64,000 bases of DNA from positions 52,182,788 through 52,246,787 of the forward strand of contig CM120640.1 of NCBI GenBank assembly GCA_051362555.1. The letters run 5' to 3'. The first letter of the stretch is position 1, and every line of letters starts with the position of its first letter. The notes beneath the pieces are model-generated. The model ran no database searches and was not told where the DNA came from. It saw nothing but the letters and a program-made list of their open reading frames with translations. Source of the DNA: Lingula anatina. Lineage: Eukaryota > Animalia > Brachiopoda. The position numbers and the translations under genes were made by a program. Shown here piece by piece: positions 36,501-51,500 of the stretch.

Positions 36501-39500
36501 GCGGACAGTCATCGTCTACGACCATACCACGTTGAAAGCACCGGTTCTCGTCCGATCACCGAAGTTAAGCAACGTCGGGCCAGGTTAGTACTTGGATGGG
36601 TGACCGCCTGGGAATACCTGGTGCCGTAGACACGTTTTTGACATTTTATTCGTAGCCGATTTCAGTTTCTTTCACTTACCACTTTTTTTTCTTTAAGTTT
36701 TCAATTTTTTCCAAATCACAGTTGCGCCGTTGTCTTCGTCTATCAGTGCGTCGGGCCACGTCTGGACTAGGATGGAAGACCGCCTGGCCACCTTTACTTG
36801 TCCTTTTTAGCGTGGCATCAAACAGATGTGTCGATTCCGTTTCATTTCCTTTCCGTCGATCAAAAACAGTGCTAGCGCGGACAGTCATCGTCTACGACCA
36901 TACCACGTTGAAAGCACCGGTTCTCGTCCGATCACCGAAGTTAAGCAACGTCGGGCCAGGTTAGTACTTGGATGGGTGACCGCCTGGGAATACCTGGTGC
37001 CGTAGACACGTTTTTGACATTTTATTCGTAGCCGATTTCAGTTTCTTTCACTTACCACTTTTTTTTCTTTAAGTTTTCAATTTTTTCCAAATCACAGTTG
37101 CGCCGTTGTCTTCGTCTATCAGTGCGTCGGGCCACGTCTGGACTAGGATGGAAGACCGCCTGGCCACCTTTACTTGTCCTTTTTAGCGTGGCATCAAACA
37201 GATGTGTCGATTCCGTTTCATTTCCTTTCCGTCGATCAAAAACAGTGCTAGCGCGGACAGTCATCGTCTACGACCATACCACGTTGAAAGCACCGGTTCT
37301 CGTCCGATCACCGAAGTTAAGCAACGTCGGGCCAGGTTAGTACTTGGATGGGTGACCGCCTGGGAATACCTGGTGCCGTAGACACGTTTTTGACATTTTA
37401 TTCGTAGCCGATTTCAGTTTCTTTCACTTACCACTTTTTTTTCTTTAAGTTTTCAATTTTTTCCAAATCACAGTTGCGCCGTTGTCTTCGTCTATCAGTG
37501 CGTCGGGCCACGTCTGGACTAGGATGGAAGACCGCCTGGCCACCTTTACTTGTCCTTTTTAGCGTGGCATCAAACAGATGTGTCGATTCCGTTTCATTTC
37601 CTTTCCGTCGATCAAAAACAGTGCTAGCGCGGACAGTCATCGTCTACGACCATACCACGTTGAAAGCACCGGTTCTCGTCCGATCACCGAAGTTAAGCAA
37701 CGTCGGGCCAGGTTAGTACTTGGATGGGTGACCGCCTGGGAATACCTGGTGCCGTAGACACGTTTTTGACATTTTATTCGTAGCCGATTTCAGTTTCTTT
37801 CACTTACCACTTTTTTTTCTTTAAGTTTTCAATTTTTTCCAAATCACAGTTGCGCCGTTGTCTTCGTCTATCAGTGCGTCGGGCCACGTCTGGACTAGGA
37901 TGGAAGACCGCCTGGCCACCTTTACTTGTCCTTTTTAGCGTGGCATCAAACAGATGTGTCGATTCCGTTTCATTTCCTTTCCGTCGATCAAAAACAGTGC
38001 TAGCGCGGACAGTCATCGTCTACGACCATACCACGTTGAAAGCACCGGTTCTCGTCCGATCACCGAAGTTAAGCAACGTCGGGCCAGGTTAGTACTTGGA
38101 TGGGTGACCGCCTGGGAATACCTGGTGCCGTAGACACGTTTTTGACATTTTATTCGTAGCCGATTTCAGTTTCTTTCACTTACCACTTTTTTTTCTTTAA
38201 GTTTTCAATTTTTTCCAAATCACAGTTGCGCCGTTGTCTTCGTCTATCAGTGCGTCGGGCCACGTCTGGACTAGGATGGAAGACCGCCTGGCCACCTTTA
38301 CTTGTCCTTTTTAGCGTGGCATCAAACAGATGTGTCGATTCCGTTTCATTTCCTTTCCGTCGATCAAAAACAGTGCTAGCGCGGACAGTCATCGTCTACG
38401 ACCATACCACGTTGAAAGCACCGGTTCTCGTCCGATCACCGAAGTTAAGCAACGTCGGGCCAGGTTAGTACTTGGATGGGTGACCGCCTGGGAATACCTG
38501 GTGCCGTAGACACGTTTTTGACATTTTATTCGTAGCCGATTTCAGTTTCTTTCACTTACCACTTTTTTTTCTTTAAGTTTTCAATTTTTTCCAAATCACA
38601 GTTGCGCCGTTGTCTTCGTCTATCAGTGCGTCGGGCCACGTCTGGACTAGGATGGAAGACCGCCTGGCCACCTTTACTTGTCCTTTTTAGCGTGGCATCA
38701 AACAGATGTGTCGATTCCGTTTCATTTCCTTTCCGTCGATCAAAAACAGTGCTAGCGCGGACAGTCATCGTCTACGACCATACCACGTTGAAAGCACCGG
38801 TTCTCGTCCGATCACCGAAGTTAAGCAACGTCGGGCCAGGTTAGTACTTGGATGGGTGACCGCCTGGGAATACCTGGTGCCGTAGACACGTTTTTGACAT
38901 TTTATTCGTAGCCGATTTCAGTTTCTTTCACTTACCACTTTTTTTTCTTTAAGTTTTCAATTTTTTCCAAATCACAGTTGCGCCGTTGTCTTCGTCTATC
39001 AGTGCGTCGGGCCACGTCTGGACTAGGATGGAAGACCGCCTGGCCACCTTTACTTGTCCTTTTTAGCGTGGCATCAAACAGATGTGTCGATTCCGTTTCA
39101 TTTCCTTTCCGTCGATCAAAAACAGTGCTAGCGCGGACAGTCATCGTCTACGACCATACCACGTTGAAAGCACCGGTTCTCGTCCGATCACCGAAGTTAA
39201 GCAACGTCGGGCCAGGTTAGTACTTGGATGGGTGACCGCCTGGGAATACCTGGTGCCGTAGACACGTTTTTGACATTTTATTCGTAGCCGATTTCAGTTT
39301 CTTTCACTTACCACTTTTTTTTCTTTAAGTTTTCAATTTTTTCCAAATCACAGTTGCGCCGTTGTCTTCGTCTATCAGTGCGTCGGGCCACGTCTGGACT
39401 AGGATGGAAGACCGCCTGGCCACCTTTACTTGTCCTTTTTAGCGTGGCATCAAACAGATGTGTCGATTCCGTTTCATTTCCTTTCCGTCGATCAAAAACA

Positions 39501-42500
39501 GTGCTAGCGCGGACAGTCATCGTCTACGACCATACCACGTTGAAAGCACCGGTTCTCGTCCGATCACCGAAGTTAAGCAACGTCGGGCCAGGTTAGTACT
39601 TGGATGGGTGACCGCCTGGGAATACCTGGTGCCGTAGACACGTTTTTGACATTTTATTCGTAGCCGATTTCAGTTTCTTTCACTTACCACTTTTTTTTCT
39701 TTAAGTTTTCAATTTTTTCCAAATCACAGTTGCGCCGTTGTCTTCGTCTATCAGTGCGTCGGGCCACGTCTGGACTAGGATGGAAGACCGCCTGGCCACC
39801 TTTACTTGTCCTTTTTAGCGTGGCATCAAACAGATGTGTCGATTCCGTTTCATTTCCTTTCCGTCGATCAAAAACAGTGCTAGCGCGGACAGTCATCGTC
39901 TACGACCATACCACGTTGAAAGCACCGGTTCTCGTCCGATCACCGAAGTTAAGCAACGTCGGGCCAGGTTAGTACTTGGATGGGTGACCGCCTGGGAATA
40001 CCTGGTGCCGTAGACACGTTTTTGACATTTTATTCGTAGCCGATTTCAGTTTCTTTCACTTACCACTTTTTTTTCTTTAAGTTTTCAATTTTTTCCAAAT
40101 CACAGTTGCGCCGTTGTCTTCGTCTATCAGTGCGTCGGGCCACGTCTGGACTAGGATGGAAGACCGCCTGGCCACCTTTACTTGTCCTTTTTAGCGTGGC
40201 ATCAAACAGATGTGTCGATTCCGTTTCATTTCCTTTCCGTCGATCAAAAACAGTGCTAGCGCGGACAGTCATCGTCTACGACCATACCACGTTGAAAGCA
40301 CCGGTTCTCGTCCGATCACCGAAGTTAAGCAACGTCGGGCCAGGTTAGTACTTGGATGGGTGACCGCCTGGGAATACCTGGTGCCGTAGACACGTTTTTG
40401 ACATTTTATTCGTAGCCGATTTCAGTTTCTTTCACTTACCACTTTTTTTTCTTTAAGTTTTCAATTTTTTCCAAATCACAGTTGCGCCGTTGTCTTCGTC
40501 TATCAGTGCGTCGGGCCACGTCTGGACTAGGATGGAAGACCGCCTGGCCACCTTTACTTGTCCTTTTTAGCGTGGCATCAAACAGATGTGTCGATTCCGT
40601 TTCATTTCCTTTCCGTCGATCAAAAACAGTGCTAGCGCGGACAGTCATCGTCTACGACCATACCACGTTGAAAGCACCGGTTCTCGTCCGATCACCGAAG
40701 TTAAGCAACGTCGGGCCAGGTTAGTACTTGGATGGGTGACCGCCTGGGAATACCTGGTGCCGTAGACACGTTTTTGACATTTTATTCGTAGCCGATTTCA
40801 GTTTCTTTCACTTACCACTTTTTTTTCTTTAAGTTTTCAATTTTTTCCAAATCACAGTTGCGCCGTTGTCTTCGTCTATCAGTGCGTCGGGCCACGTCTG
40901 GACTAGGATGGAAGACCGCCTGGCCACCTTTACTTGTCCTTTTTAGCGTGGCATCAAACAGATGTGTCGATTCCGTTTCATTTCCTTTCCGTCGATCAAA
41001 AACAGTGCTAGCGCGGACAGTCATCGTCTACGACCATACCACGTTGAAAGCACCGGTTCTCGTCCGATCACCGAAGTTAAGCAACGTCGGGCCAGGTTAG
41101 TACTTGGATGGGTGACCGCCTGGGAATACCTGGTGCCGTAGACACGTTTTTGACATTTTATTCGTAGCCGATTTCAGTTTCTTTCACTTACCACTTTTTT
41201 TTCTTTAAGTTTTCAATTTTTTCCAAATCACAGTTGCGCCGTTGTCTTCGTCTATCAGTGCGTCGGGCCACGTCTGGACTAGGATGGAAGACCGCCTGGC
41301 CACCTTTACTTGTCCTTTTTAGCGTGGCATCAAACAGATGTGTCGATTCCGTTTCATTTCCTTTCCGTCGATCAAAAACAGTGCTAGCGCGGACAGTCAT
41401 CGTCTACGACCATACCACGTTGAAAGCACCGGTTCTCGTCCGATCACCGAAGTTAAGCAACGTCGGGCCAGGTTAGTACTTGGATGGGTGACCGCCTGGG
41501 AATACCTGGTGCCGTAGACACGTTTTTGACATTTTATTCGTAGCCGATTTCAGTTTCTTTCACTTACCACTTTTTTTTCTTTAAGTTTTCAATTTTTTCC
41601 AAATCACAGTTGCGCCGTTGTCTTCGTCTATCAGTGCGTCGGGCCACGTCTGGACTAGGATGGAAGACCGCCTGGCCACCTTTACTTGTCCTTTTTAGCG
41701 TGGCATCAAACAGATGTGTCGATTCCGTTTCATTTCCTTTCCGTCGATCAAAAACAGTGCTAGCGCGGACAGTCATCGTCTACGACCATACCACGTTGAA
41801 AGCACCGGTTCTCGTCCGATCACCGAAGTTAAGCAACGTCGGGCCAGGTTAGTACTTGGATGGGTGACCGCCTGGGAATACCTGGTGCCGTAGACACGTT
41901 TTTGACATTTTATTCGTAGCCGATTTCAGTTTCTTTCACTTACCACTTTTTTTTCTTTAAGTTTTCAATTTTTTCCAAATCACAGTTGCGCCGTTGTCTT
42001 CGTCTATCAGTGCGTCGGGCCACGTCTGGACTAGGATGGAAGACCGCCTGGCCACCTTTACTTGTCCTTTTTAGCGTGGCATCAAACAGATGTGTCGATT
42101 CCGTTTCATTTCCTTTCCGTCGATCAAAAACAGTGCTAGCGCGGACAGTCATCGTCTACGACCATACCACGTTGAAAGCACCGGTTCTCGTCCGATCACC
42201 GAAGTTAAGCAACGTCGGGCCAGGTTAGTACTTGGATGGGTGACCGCCTGGGAATACCTGGTGCCGTAGACACGTTTTTGACATTTTATTCGTAGCCGAT
42301 TTCAGTTTCTTTCACTTACCACTTTTTTTTCTTTAAGTTTTCAATTTTTTCCAAATCACAGTTGCGCCGTTGTCTTCGTCTATCAGTGCGTCGGGCCACG
42401 TCTGGACTAGGATGGAAGACCGCCTGGCCACCTTTACTTGTCCTTTTTAGCGTGGCATCAAACAGATGTGTCGATTCCGTTTCATTTCCTTTCCGTCGAT

Positions 42501-45500
42501 CAAAAACAGTGCTAGCGCGGACAGTCATCGTCTACGACCATACCACGTTGAAAGCACCGGTTCTCGTCCGATCACCGAAGTTAAGCAACGTCGGGCCAGG
42601 TTAGTACTTGGATGGGTGACCGCCTGGGAATACCTGGTGCCGTAGACACGTTTTTGACATTTTATTCGTAGCCGATTTCAGTTTCTTTCACTTACCACTT
42701 TTTTTTCTTTAAGTTTTCAATTTTTTCCAAATCACAGTTGCGCCGTTGTCTTCGTCTATCAGTGCGTCGGGCCACGTCTGGACTAGGATGGAAGACCGCC
42801 TGGCCACCTTTACTTGTCCTTTTTAGCGTGGCATCAAACAGATGTGTCGATTCCGTTTCATTTCCTTTCCGTCGATCAAAAACAGTGCTAGCGCGGACAG
42901 TCATCGTCTACGACCATACCACGTTGAAAGCACCGGTTCTCGTCCGATCACCGAAGTTAAGCAACGTCGGGCCAGGTTAGTACTTGGATGGGTGACCGCC
43001 TGGGAATACCTGGTGCCGTAGACACGTTTTTGACATTTTATTCGTAGCCGATTTCAGTTTCTTTCACTTACCACTTTTTTTTCTTTAAGTTTTCAATTTT
43101 TTCCAAATCACAGTTGCGCCGTTGTCTTCGTCTATCAGTGCGTCGGGCCACGTCTGGACTAGGATGGAAGACCGCCTGGCCACCTTTACTTGTCCTTTTT
43201 AGCGTGGCATCAAACAGATGTGTCGATTCCGTTTCATTTCCTTTCCGTCGATCAAAAACAGTGCTAGCGCGGACAGTCATCGTCTACGACCATACCACGT
43301 TGAAAGCACCGGTTCTCGTCCGATCACCGAAGTTAAGCAACGTCGGGCCAGGTTAGTACTTGGATGGGTGACCGCCTGGGAATACCTGGTGCCGTAGACA
43401 CGTTTTTGACATTTTATTCGTAGCCGATTTCAGTTTCTTTCACTTACCACTTTTTTTTCTTTAAGTTTTCAATTTTTTCCAAATCACAGTTGCGCCGTTG
43501 TCTTCGTCTATCAGTGCGTCGGGCCACGTCTGGACTAGGATGGAAGACCGCCTGGCCACCTTTACTTGTCCTTTTTAGCGTGGCATCAAACAGATGTGTC
43601 GATTCCGTTTCATTTCCTTTCCGTCGATCAAAAACAGTGCTAGCGCGGACAGTCATCGTCTACGACCATACCACGTTGAAAGCACCGGTTCTCGTCCGAT
43701 CACCGAAGTTAAGCAACGTCGGGCCAGGTTAGTACTTGGATGGGTGACCGCCTGGGAATACCTGGTGCCGTAGACACGTTTTTGACATTTTATTCGTAGC
43801 CGATTTCAGTTTCTTTCACTTACCACTTTTTTTTCTTTAAGTTTTCAATTTTTTCCAAATCACAGTTGCGCCGTTGTCTTCGTCTATCAGTGCGTCGGGC
43901 CACGTCTGGACTAGGATGGAAGACCGCCTGGCCACCTTTACTTGTCCTTTTTAGCGTGGCATCAAACAGATGTGTCGATTCCGTTTCATTTCCTTTCCGT
44001 CGATCAAAAACAGTGCTAGCGCGGACAGTCATCGTCTACGACCATACCACGTTGAAAGCACCGGTTCTCGTCCGATCACCGAAGTTAAGCAACGTCGGGC
44101 CAGGTTAGTACTTGGATGGGTGACCGCCTGGGAATACCTGGTGCCGTAGACACGTTTTTGACATTTTATTCGTAGCCGATTTCAGTTTCTTTCACTTACC
44201 ACTTTTTTTTCTTTAAGTTTTCAATTTTTTCCAAATCACAGTTGCGCCGTTGTCTTCGTCTATCAGTGCGTCGGGCCACGTCTGGACTAGGATGGAAGAC
44301 CGCCTGGCCACCTTTACTTGTCCTTTTTAGCGTGGCATCAAACAGATGTGTCGATTCCGTTTCATTTCCTTTCCGTCGATCAAAAACAGTGCTAGCGCGG
44401 ACAGTCATCGTCTACGACCATACCACGTTGAAAGCACCGGTTCTCGTCCGATCACCGAAGTTAAGCAACGTCGGGCCAGGTTAGTACTTGGATGGGTGAC
44501 CGCCTGGGAATACCTGGTGCCGTAGACACGTTTTTGACATTTTATTCGTAGCCGATTTCAGTTTCTTTCACTTACCACTTTTTTTTCTTTAAGTTTTCAA
44601 TTTTTTCCAAATCACAGTTGCGCCGTTGTCTTCGTCTATCAGTGCGTCGGGCCACGTCTGGACTAGGATGGAAGACCGCCTGGCCACCTTTACTTGTCCT
44701 CTTTAGCGTGGCATCAAACAGATGTGTCGATTCCGTTTCATTTCCTTTCCGTCGATCAAAAACAGTGCTAGCGCGGACAGTCATCGTCTACGACCATACC
44801 ACGTTGAAAGCACCGGTTCTCGTCCGATCACCGAAGTTAAGCAACGTCGGGCCAGGTTAGTACTTGGATGGGTGACCGCCTGGGAATACCTGGTGCCGTA
44901 GACACGTTTTTGACATTTTATTCGTAGCCGATTTCAGTTTCTTTCACTTACCACTTTTTTTTCTTTAAGTTTTCAATTTTTTCCAAATCACAGTTGCGCC
45001 GTTGTCTTCGTCTATCAGTGCGTCGGGCCACGTCTGGACTAGGATGGAAGACCGCCTGGCCACCTTTACTTGTCCTCTTTAGCGTGGCATCAAACAGATG
45101 TGTCGATTCCGTTTCATTTCCTTTCCGTCGATCAAAAACAGTGCTAGCGCGGACAGTCATCGTCTACGACCATACCACGTTGAAAGCACCGGTTCTCGTC
45201 CGATCACCGAAGTTAAGCAACGTCGGGCCAGGTTAGTACTTGGATGGGTGACCGCCTGGGAATACCTGGTGCCGTAGACACGTTTTTGACATTTTATTCG
45301 TAGCCGATTTCAGTTTCTTTCACTTACCACTTTTTTTTCTTTAAGTTTTCAATTTTTTCCAAATCACAGTTGCGCCGTTGTCTTCGTCTATCAGTGCGTC
45401 GGGCCACGTCTGGACTAGGATGGAAGACCGCCTGGCCACCTTTACTTGTCCTTTTTAGCGTGGCATCAAACAGATGTGTCGATTCCGTTTCATTTCCTTT

Positions 45501-48500
45501 CCGTCGATCAAAAACAGTGCTAGCGCGGACAGTCATCGTCTACGACCATACCACGTTGAAAGCACCGGTTCTCGTCCGATCACCGAAGTTAAGCAACGTC
45601 GGGCCAGGTTAGTACTTGGATGGGTGACCGCCTGGGAATACCTGGTGCCGTAGACACGTTTTTGACATTTTATTCGTAGCCGATTTCAGTTTCTTTCACT
45701 TACCACTTTTTTTTCTTTAAGTTTTCAATTTTTTCCAAATCACAGTTGCGCCGTTGTCTTCGTCTATCAGTGCGTCGGGCCACGTCTGGACTAGGATGGA
45801 AGACCGCCTGGCCACCTTTACTTGTCCTTTTTAGCGTGGCATCAAACAGATGTGTCGATTCCGTTTCATTTCCTTTCCGTCGATCAAAAACAGTGCTAGC
45901 GCGGACAGTCATCGTCTACGACCATACCACGTTGAAAGCACCGGTTCTCGTCCGATCACCGAAGTTAAGCAACGTCGGGCCAGGTTAGTACTTGGATGGG
46001 TGACCGCCTGGGAATACCTGGTGCCGTAGACACGTTTTTGACATTTTATTCGTAGCCGATTTCAGTTTCTTTCACTTACCACTTTTTTTTCTTTAAGTTT
46101 TCAATTTTTTCCAAATCACAGTTGCGCCGTTGTCTTCGTCTATCAGTGCGTCGGGCCACGTCTGGACTAGGATGGAAGACCGCCTGGCCACCTTTACTTG
46201 TCCTTTTTAGCGTGGCATCAAACAGATGTGTCGATTCCGTTTCATTTCCTTTCCGTCGATCAAAAACAGTGCTAGCGCGGACAGTCATCGTCTACGACCA
46301 TACCACGTTGAAAGCACCGGTTCTCGTCCGATCACCGAAGTTAAGCAACGTCGGGCCAGGTTAGTACTTGGATGGGTGACCGCCTGGGAATACCTGGTGC
46401 CGTAGACACGTTTTTGACATTTTATTCGTAGCCGATTTCAGTTTCTTTCACTTACCACTTTTTTTTCTTTAAGTTTTCAATTTTTTCCAAATCACAGTTG
46501 CGCCGTTGTCTTCGTCTATCAGTGCGTCGGGCCACGTCTGGACTAGGATGGAAGACCGCCTGGCCACCTTTACTTGTCCTTTTTAGCGTGGCATCAAACA
46601 GATGTGTCGATTCCGTTTCATTTCCTTTCCGTCGATCAAAAACAGTGCTAGCGCGGACAGTCATCGTCTACGACCATACCACGTTGAAAGCACCGGTTCT
46701 CGTCCGATCACCGAAGTTAAGCAACGTCGGGCCAGGTTAGTACTTGGATGGGTGACCGCCTGGGAATACCTGGTGCCGTAGACACGTTTTTGACATTTTA
46801 TTCGTAGCCGATTTCAGTTTCTTTCACTTACCACTTTTTTTTCTTTAAGTTTTCAATTTTTTCCAAATCACAGTTGCGCCGTTGTCTTCGTCTATCAGTG
46901 CGTCGGGCCACGTCTGGACTAGGATGGAAGACCGCCTGGCCACCTTTACTTGTCCTTTTTAGCGTGGCATCAAACAGATGTGTCGATTCCGTTTCATTTC
47001 CTTTCCGTCGATCAAAAACAGTGCTAGCGCGGACAGTCATCGTCTACGACCATACCACGTTGAAAGCACCGGTTCTCGTCCGATCACCGAAGTTAAGCAA
47101 CGACGGGCCAGGTTAGTACTTGGATGGGTGACCGCCTGGGAATACCTGGTGCCGTAGACACGTTTTTGACATTTTATTCGTAGCCGATTTCAGTTTCTTT
47201 CACTTACCACTTTTTTTTCTTTAAGTTTTCAATTTTTTCCAAATCACAGTTGCGCCGTTGTCTTCGTCTATCAGTGCGTCGGGCCACGTCTGGACTAGGA
47301 TGGAAGACCGCCTGGCCACCTTTACTTGTCCTTTTTAGCGTGGCATCAAACAGATGTGTCGATTCCGTTTCATTTCCTTTCCGTCGATCAAAAACAGTGC
47401 TAGCGCGGACAGTCATCGTCTACGACCATACCACGTTGAAAGCACCGGTTCTCGTCCGATCACCGAAGTTAAGCAACGTCGGGCCAGGTTAGTACTTGGA
47501 TGGGTGACCGCCTGGGAATACCTGGTGCCGTAGACACGTTTTTGACATTTTATTCGTAGCCGATTTCAGTTTCTTTCACTTACCACTTTTTTTTCTTTAA
47601 GTTTTCAATTTTTTCCAAATCACAGTTGCGCCGTTGTCTTCGTCTATCAGTGCGTCGGGCCACGTCTGGACTAGGATGGAAGACCGCCTGGCCACCTTTA
47701 CTTGTCCTTTTTAGCGTGGCATCAAACAGATGTGTCGATTCCGTTTCATTTCCTTTCCGTCGATCAAAAACAGTGCTAGCGCGGACAGTCATCGTCTACG
47801 ACCATACCACGTTGAAAGCACCGGTTCTCGTCCTATCACCGAAGTTAAGCAACGTCGGGCCAGGTTAGTACTTGGATGGGTGACCGCCTGGGAATACCTG
47901 GTGCCGTAGACACGTTTTTGACATTTTATTCGTAGCCGATTTCAGTTTCTTTCACTTACCACTTTTTTTTCTTTAAGTTTTCAATTTTTTCCAAATCACA
48001 GTTGCGCCGTTGTCTTCGTCTATCAGTGCGTCGGGCCACGTCTGGACTAGGATGGAAGACCGCCTGGCCACCTTTACTTGTCCTTTTTAGCGTGGCATCA
48101 AACAGATGTGTCGATTCCGTTTCATTTCCTTTCCGTCGATCAAAAACAGTGCTAGCGCGGACAGTCATCGTCTACGACCATACCACGTTGAAAGCACCGG
48201 TTCTCGTCCGATCACCGAAGTTAAGCAACGACGGGCCAGGTTAGTACTTGGATGGGTGACCGCCTGGGAATACCTGGTGCCGTAGACACGTTTTTGACAT
48301 TTTATTCGTAGCCGATTTCAGTTTCTTTCACTTACCACTTTTTTTTCTTTAAGTTTTCAATTTTTTCCAAATCACAGTTGCGCCGTTGTCTTCGTCTATC
48401 AGTGCGTCGGGCCACGTCTGGACTAGGATGGAAGACCGCCTGGCCACCTTTACTTGTCCTTTTTAGCGTGGCATCAAACAGATGTGTCGATTCCGTTTCA

Positions 48501-51500
48501 TTTCCTTTCCGTCGATCAAAAACAGTGCTAGCGCGGACAGTCATCGTCTACGACCATACCACGTTGAAAGCACCGGTTCTCGTCCGATCACCGAAGTTAA
48601 GCAACGTCGGGCCAGGTTAGTACTTGGATGGGTGACCGCCTGGGAATACCTGGTGCCGTAGACACGTTTTTGACATTTTATTCGTAGCCGATTTCAGTTT
48701 CTTTCACTTACCACTTTTTTTTCTTTAAGTTTTCAATTTTTTCCAAATCACAGTTGCGCCGTTGTCTTCGTCTATCAGTGCGTCGGGCCACGTCTGGACT
48801 AGGATGGAAGACCGCCTGGCCACCTTTACTTGTCCTTTTTAGCGTGGCATCAAACAGATGTGTCGATTCCGTTTCATTTCCTTTCCGTCGATCAAAAACA
48901 GTGCTAGCGCGGACAGTCATCGTCTACGACCATACCACGTTGAAAGCACCGGTTCTCGTCCGATCACCGAAGTTAAGCAACGTCGGGCCAGGTTAGTACT
49001 TGGATGGGTGACCGCCTGGGAATACCTGGTGCCGTAGACACGTTTTTGACATTTTATTCGTAGCCGATTTCAGTTTCTTTCACTTACCACTTTTTTTTCT
49101 TTAAGTTTTCAATTTTTTCCAAATCACAGTTGCGCCGTTGTCTTCGTCTATCAGTGCGTCGGGCCACGTCTGGACTAGGATGGAAGACCGCCTGGCCACC
49201 TTTACTTGTCCTTTTTAGCGTGGCATCAAACAGATGTGTCGATTCCGTTTCATTTCCTTTCCGTCGATCAAAAACAGTGCTAGCGCGGACAGTCATCGTC
49301 TACGACCATACCACGTTGAAAGCACCGGTTCTCGTCCGATCACCGAAGTTAAGCAACGTCGGGCCAGGTTAGTACTTGGATGGGTGACCGCCTGGGAATA
49401 CCTGGTGCCGTAGACACGTTTTTGACATTTTATTCGTAGCCGATTTCAGTTTCTTTCACTTACCACTTTTTTTTCTTTAAGTTTTCAATTTTTTCCAAAT
49501 CACAGTTGCGCCGTTGTCTTCGTCTATCAGTGCGTCGGGCCACGTCTGGACTAGGATGGAAGACCGCCTGGCCACCTTTACTTGTCCTTTTTAGCGTGGC
49601 ATCAAACAGATGTGTCGATTCCGTTTCATTTCCTTTCCGTCGATCAAAAACAGTGCTAGCGCGGACAGTCATCGTCTACGACCATACCACGTTGAAAGCA
49701 CCGGTTCTCGTCCGATCACCGAAGTTAAGCAACGACGGGCCAGGTTAGTACTTGGATGGGTGACCGCCTGGGAATACCTGGTGCCGTAGACACGTTTTTG
49801 ACATTTTATTCGTAGCCGATTTCAGTTTCTTTCACTTACCACTTTTTTTTCTTTAAGTTTTCAATTTTTTCCAAATCACAGTTGCGCCGTTGTCTTCGTC
49901 TATCAGTGCGTCGGGCCACGTCTGGACTAGGATGGAAGACCGCCTGGCCACCTTTACTTGTCCTTTTTAGCGTGGCATCAAACAGATGTGTCGATTCCGT
50001 TTCATTTCCTTTCCGTCGATCAAAAACAGTGCTAGCGCGGACAGTCATCGTCTACGACCATACCACGTTGAAAGCACCGGTTCTCGTCCGATCACCGAAG
50101 TTAAGCAACGTCGGGCCAGGTTAGTACTTGGATGGGTGACCGCCTGGGAATACCTGGTGCCGTAGACACGTTTTTGACATTTTATTCGTAGCCGATTTCA
50201 GTTTCTTTCACTTACCACTTTTTTTTCTTTAAGTTTTCAATTTTTTCCAAATCACAGTTGCGCCGTTGTCTTCGTCTATCAGTGCGTCGGGCCACGTCTG
50301 GACTAGGATGGAAGACCGCCTGGCCACCTTTACTTGTCCTTTTTAGCGTGGCATCAAACAGATGTGTCGATTCCGTTTCATTTCCTTTCCGTCGATCAAA
50401 AACAGTGCTAGCGCGGACAGTCATCGTCTACGACCATACCACGTTGAAAGCACCGGTTCTCGTCCGATCACCGAAGTTAAGCAACGTCGGGCCAGGTTAG
50501 TACTTGGATGGGTGACCGCCTGGGAATACCTGGTGCCGTAGACACGTTTTTGACATTTTATTCGTAGCCGATTTCAGTTTCTTTCACTTACCACTTTTTT
50601 TTCTTTAAGTTTTCAATTTTTTCCAAATCACAGTTGCGCCGTTGTCTTCGTCTATCAGTGCGTCGGGCCACGTCTGGACTAGGATGGAAGACCGCCTGGC
50701 CACCTTTACTTGTCCTTTTTAGCGTGGCATCAAACAGATGTGTCGATTCCGTTTCATTTCCTTTCCGTCGATCAAAAACAGTGCTAGCGCGGACAGTCAT
50801 CGTCTACGACCATACCACGTTGAAAGCACCGGTTCTCGTCCGATCACCGAAGTTAAGCAACGTCGGGCCAGGTTAGTACTTGGATGGGTGACCGCCTGGG
50901 AATACCTGGTGCCGTAGACACGTTTTTGACATTTTATTCGTAGCCGATTTCAGTTTCTTTCACTTACCACTTTTTTTTCTTTAAGTTTTCAATTTTTTCC
51001 AAATCACAGTTGCGCCGTTGTCTTCGTCTATCAGTGCGTCGGGCCACGTCTGGACTAGGATGGAAGACCGCCTGGCCACCTTTACTTGTCCTTTTTAGCG
51101 TGGCATCAAACAGATGTGTCGATTCCGTTTCATTTCCTTTCCGTCGATCAAAAACAGTGCTAGCGCGGACAGTCATCGTCTACGACCATACCACGTTGAA
51201 AGCACCGGTTCTCGTCCGATCACCGAAGTTAAGCAACGTCGGGCCAGGTTAGTACTTGGATGGGTGACCGCCTGGGAATACCTGGTGCCGTAGACACGTT
51301 TTTGACATTTTATTCGTAGCCGATTTCAGTTTCTTTCACTTACCACTTTTTTTTCTTTAAGTTTTCAATTTTTTCCAAATCACAGTTGCGCCGTTGTCTT
51401 CGTCTATCAGTGCGTCGGGCCACGTCTGGACTAGGATGGAAGACCGCCTGGCCACCTTTACTTGTCCTTTTTAGCGTGGCATCAAACAGATGTGTCGATT

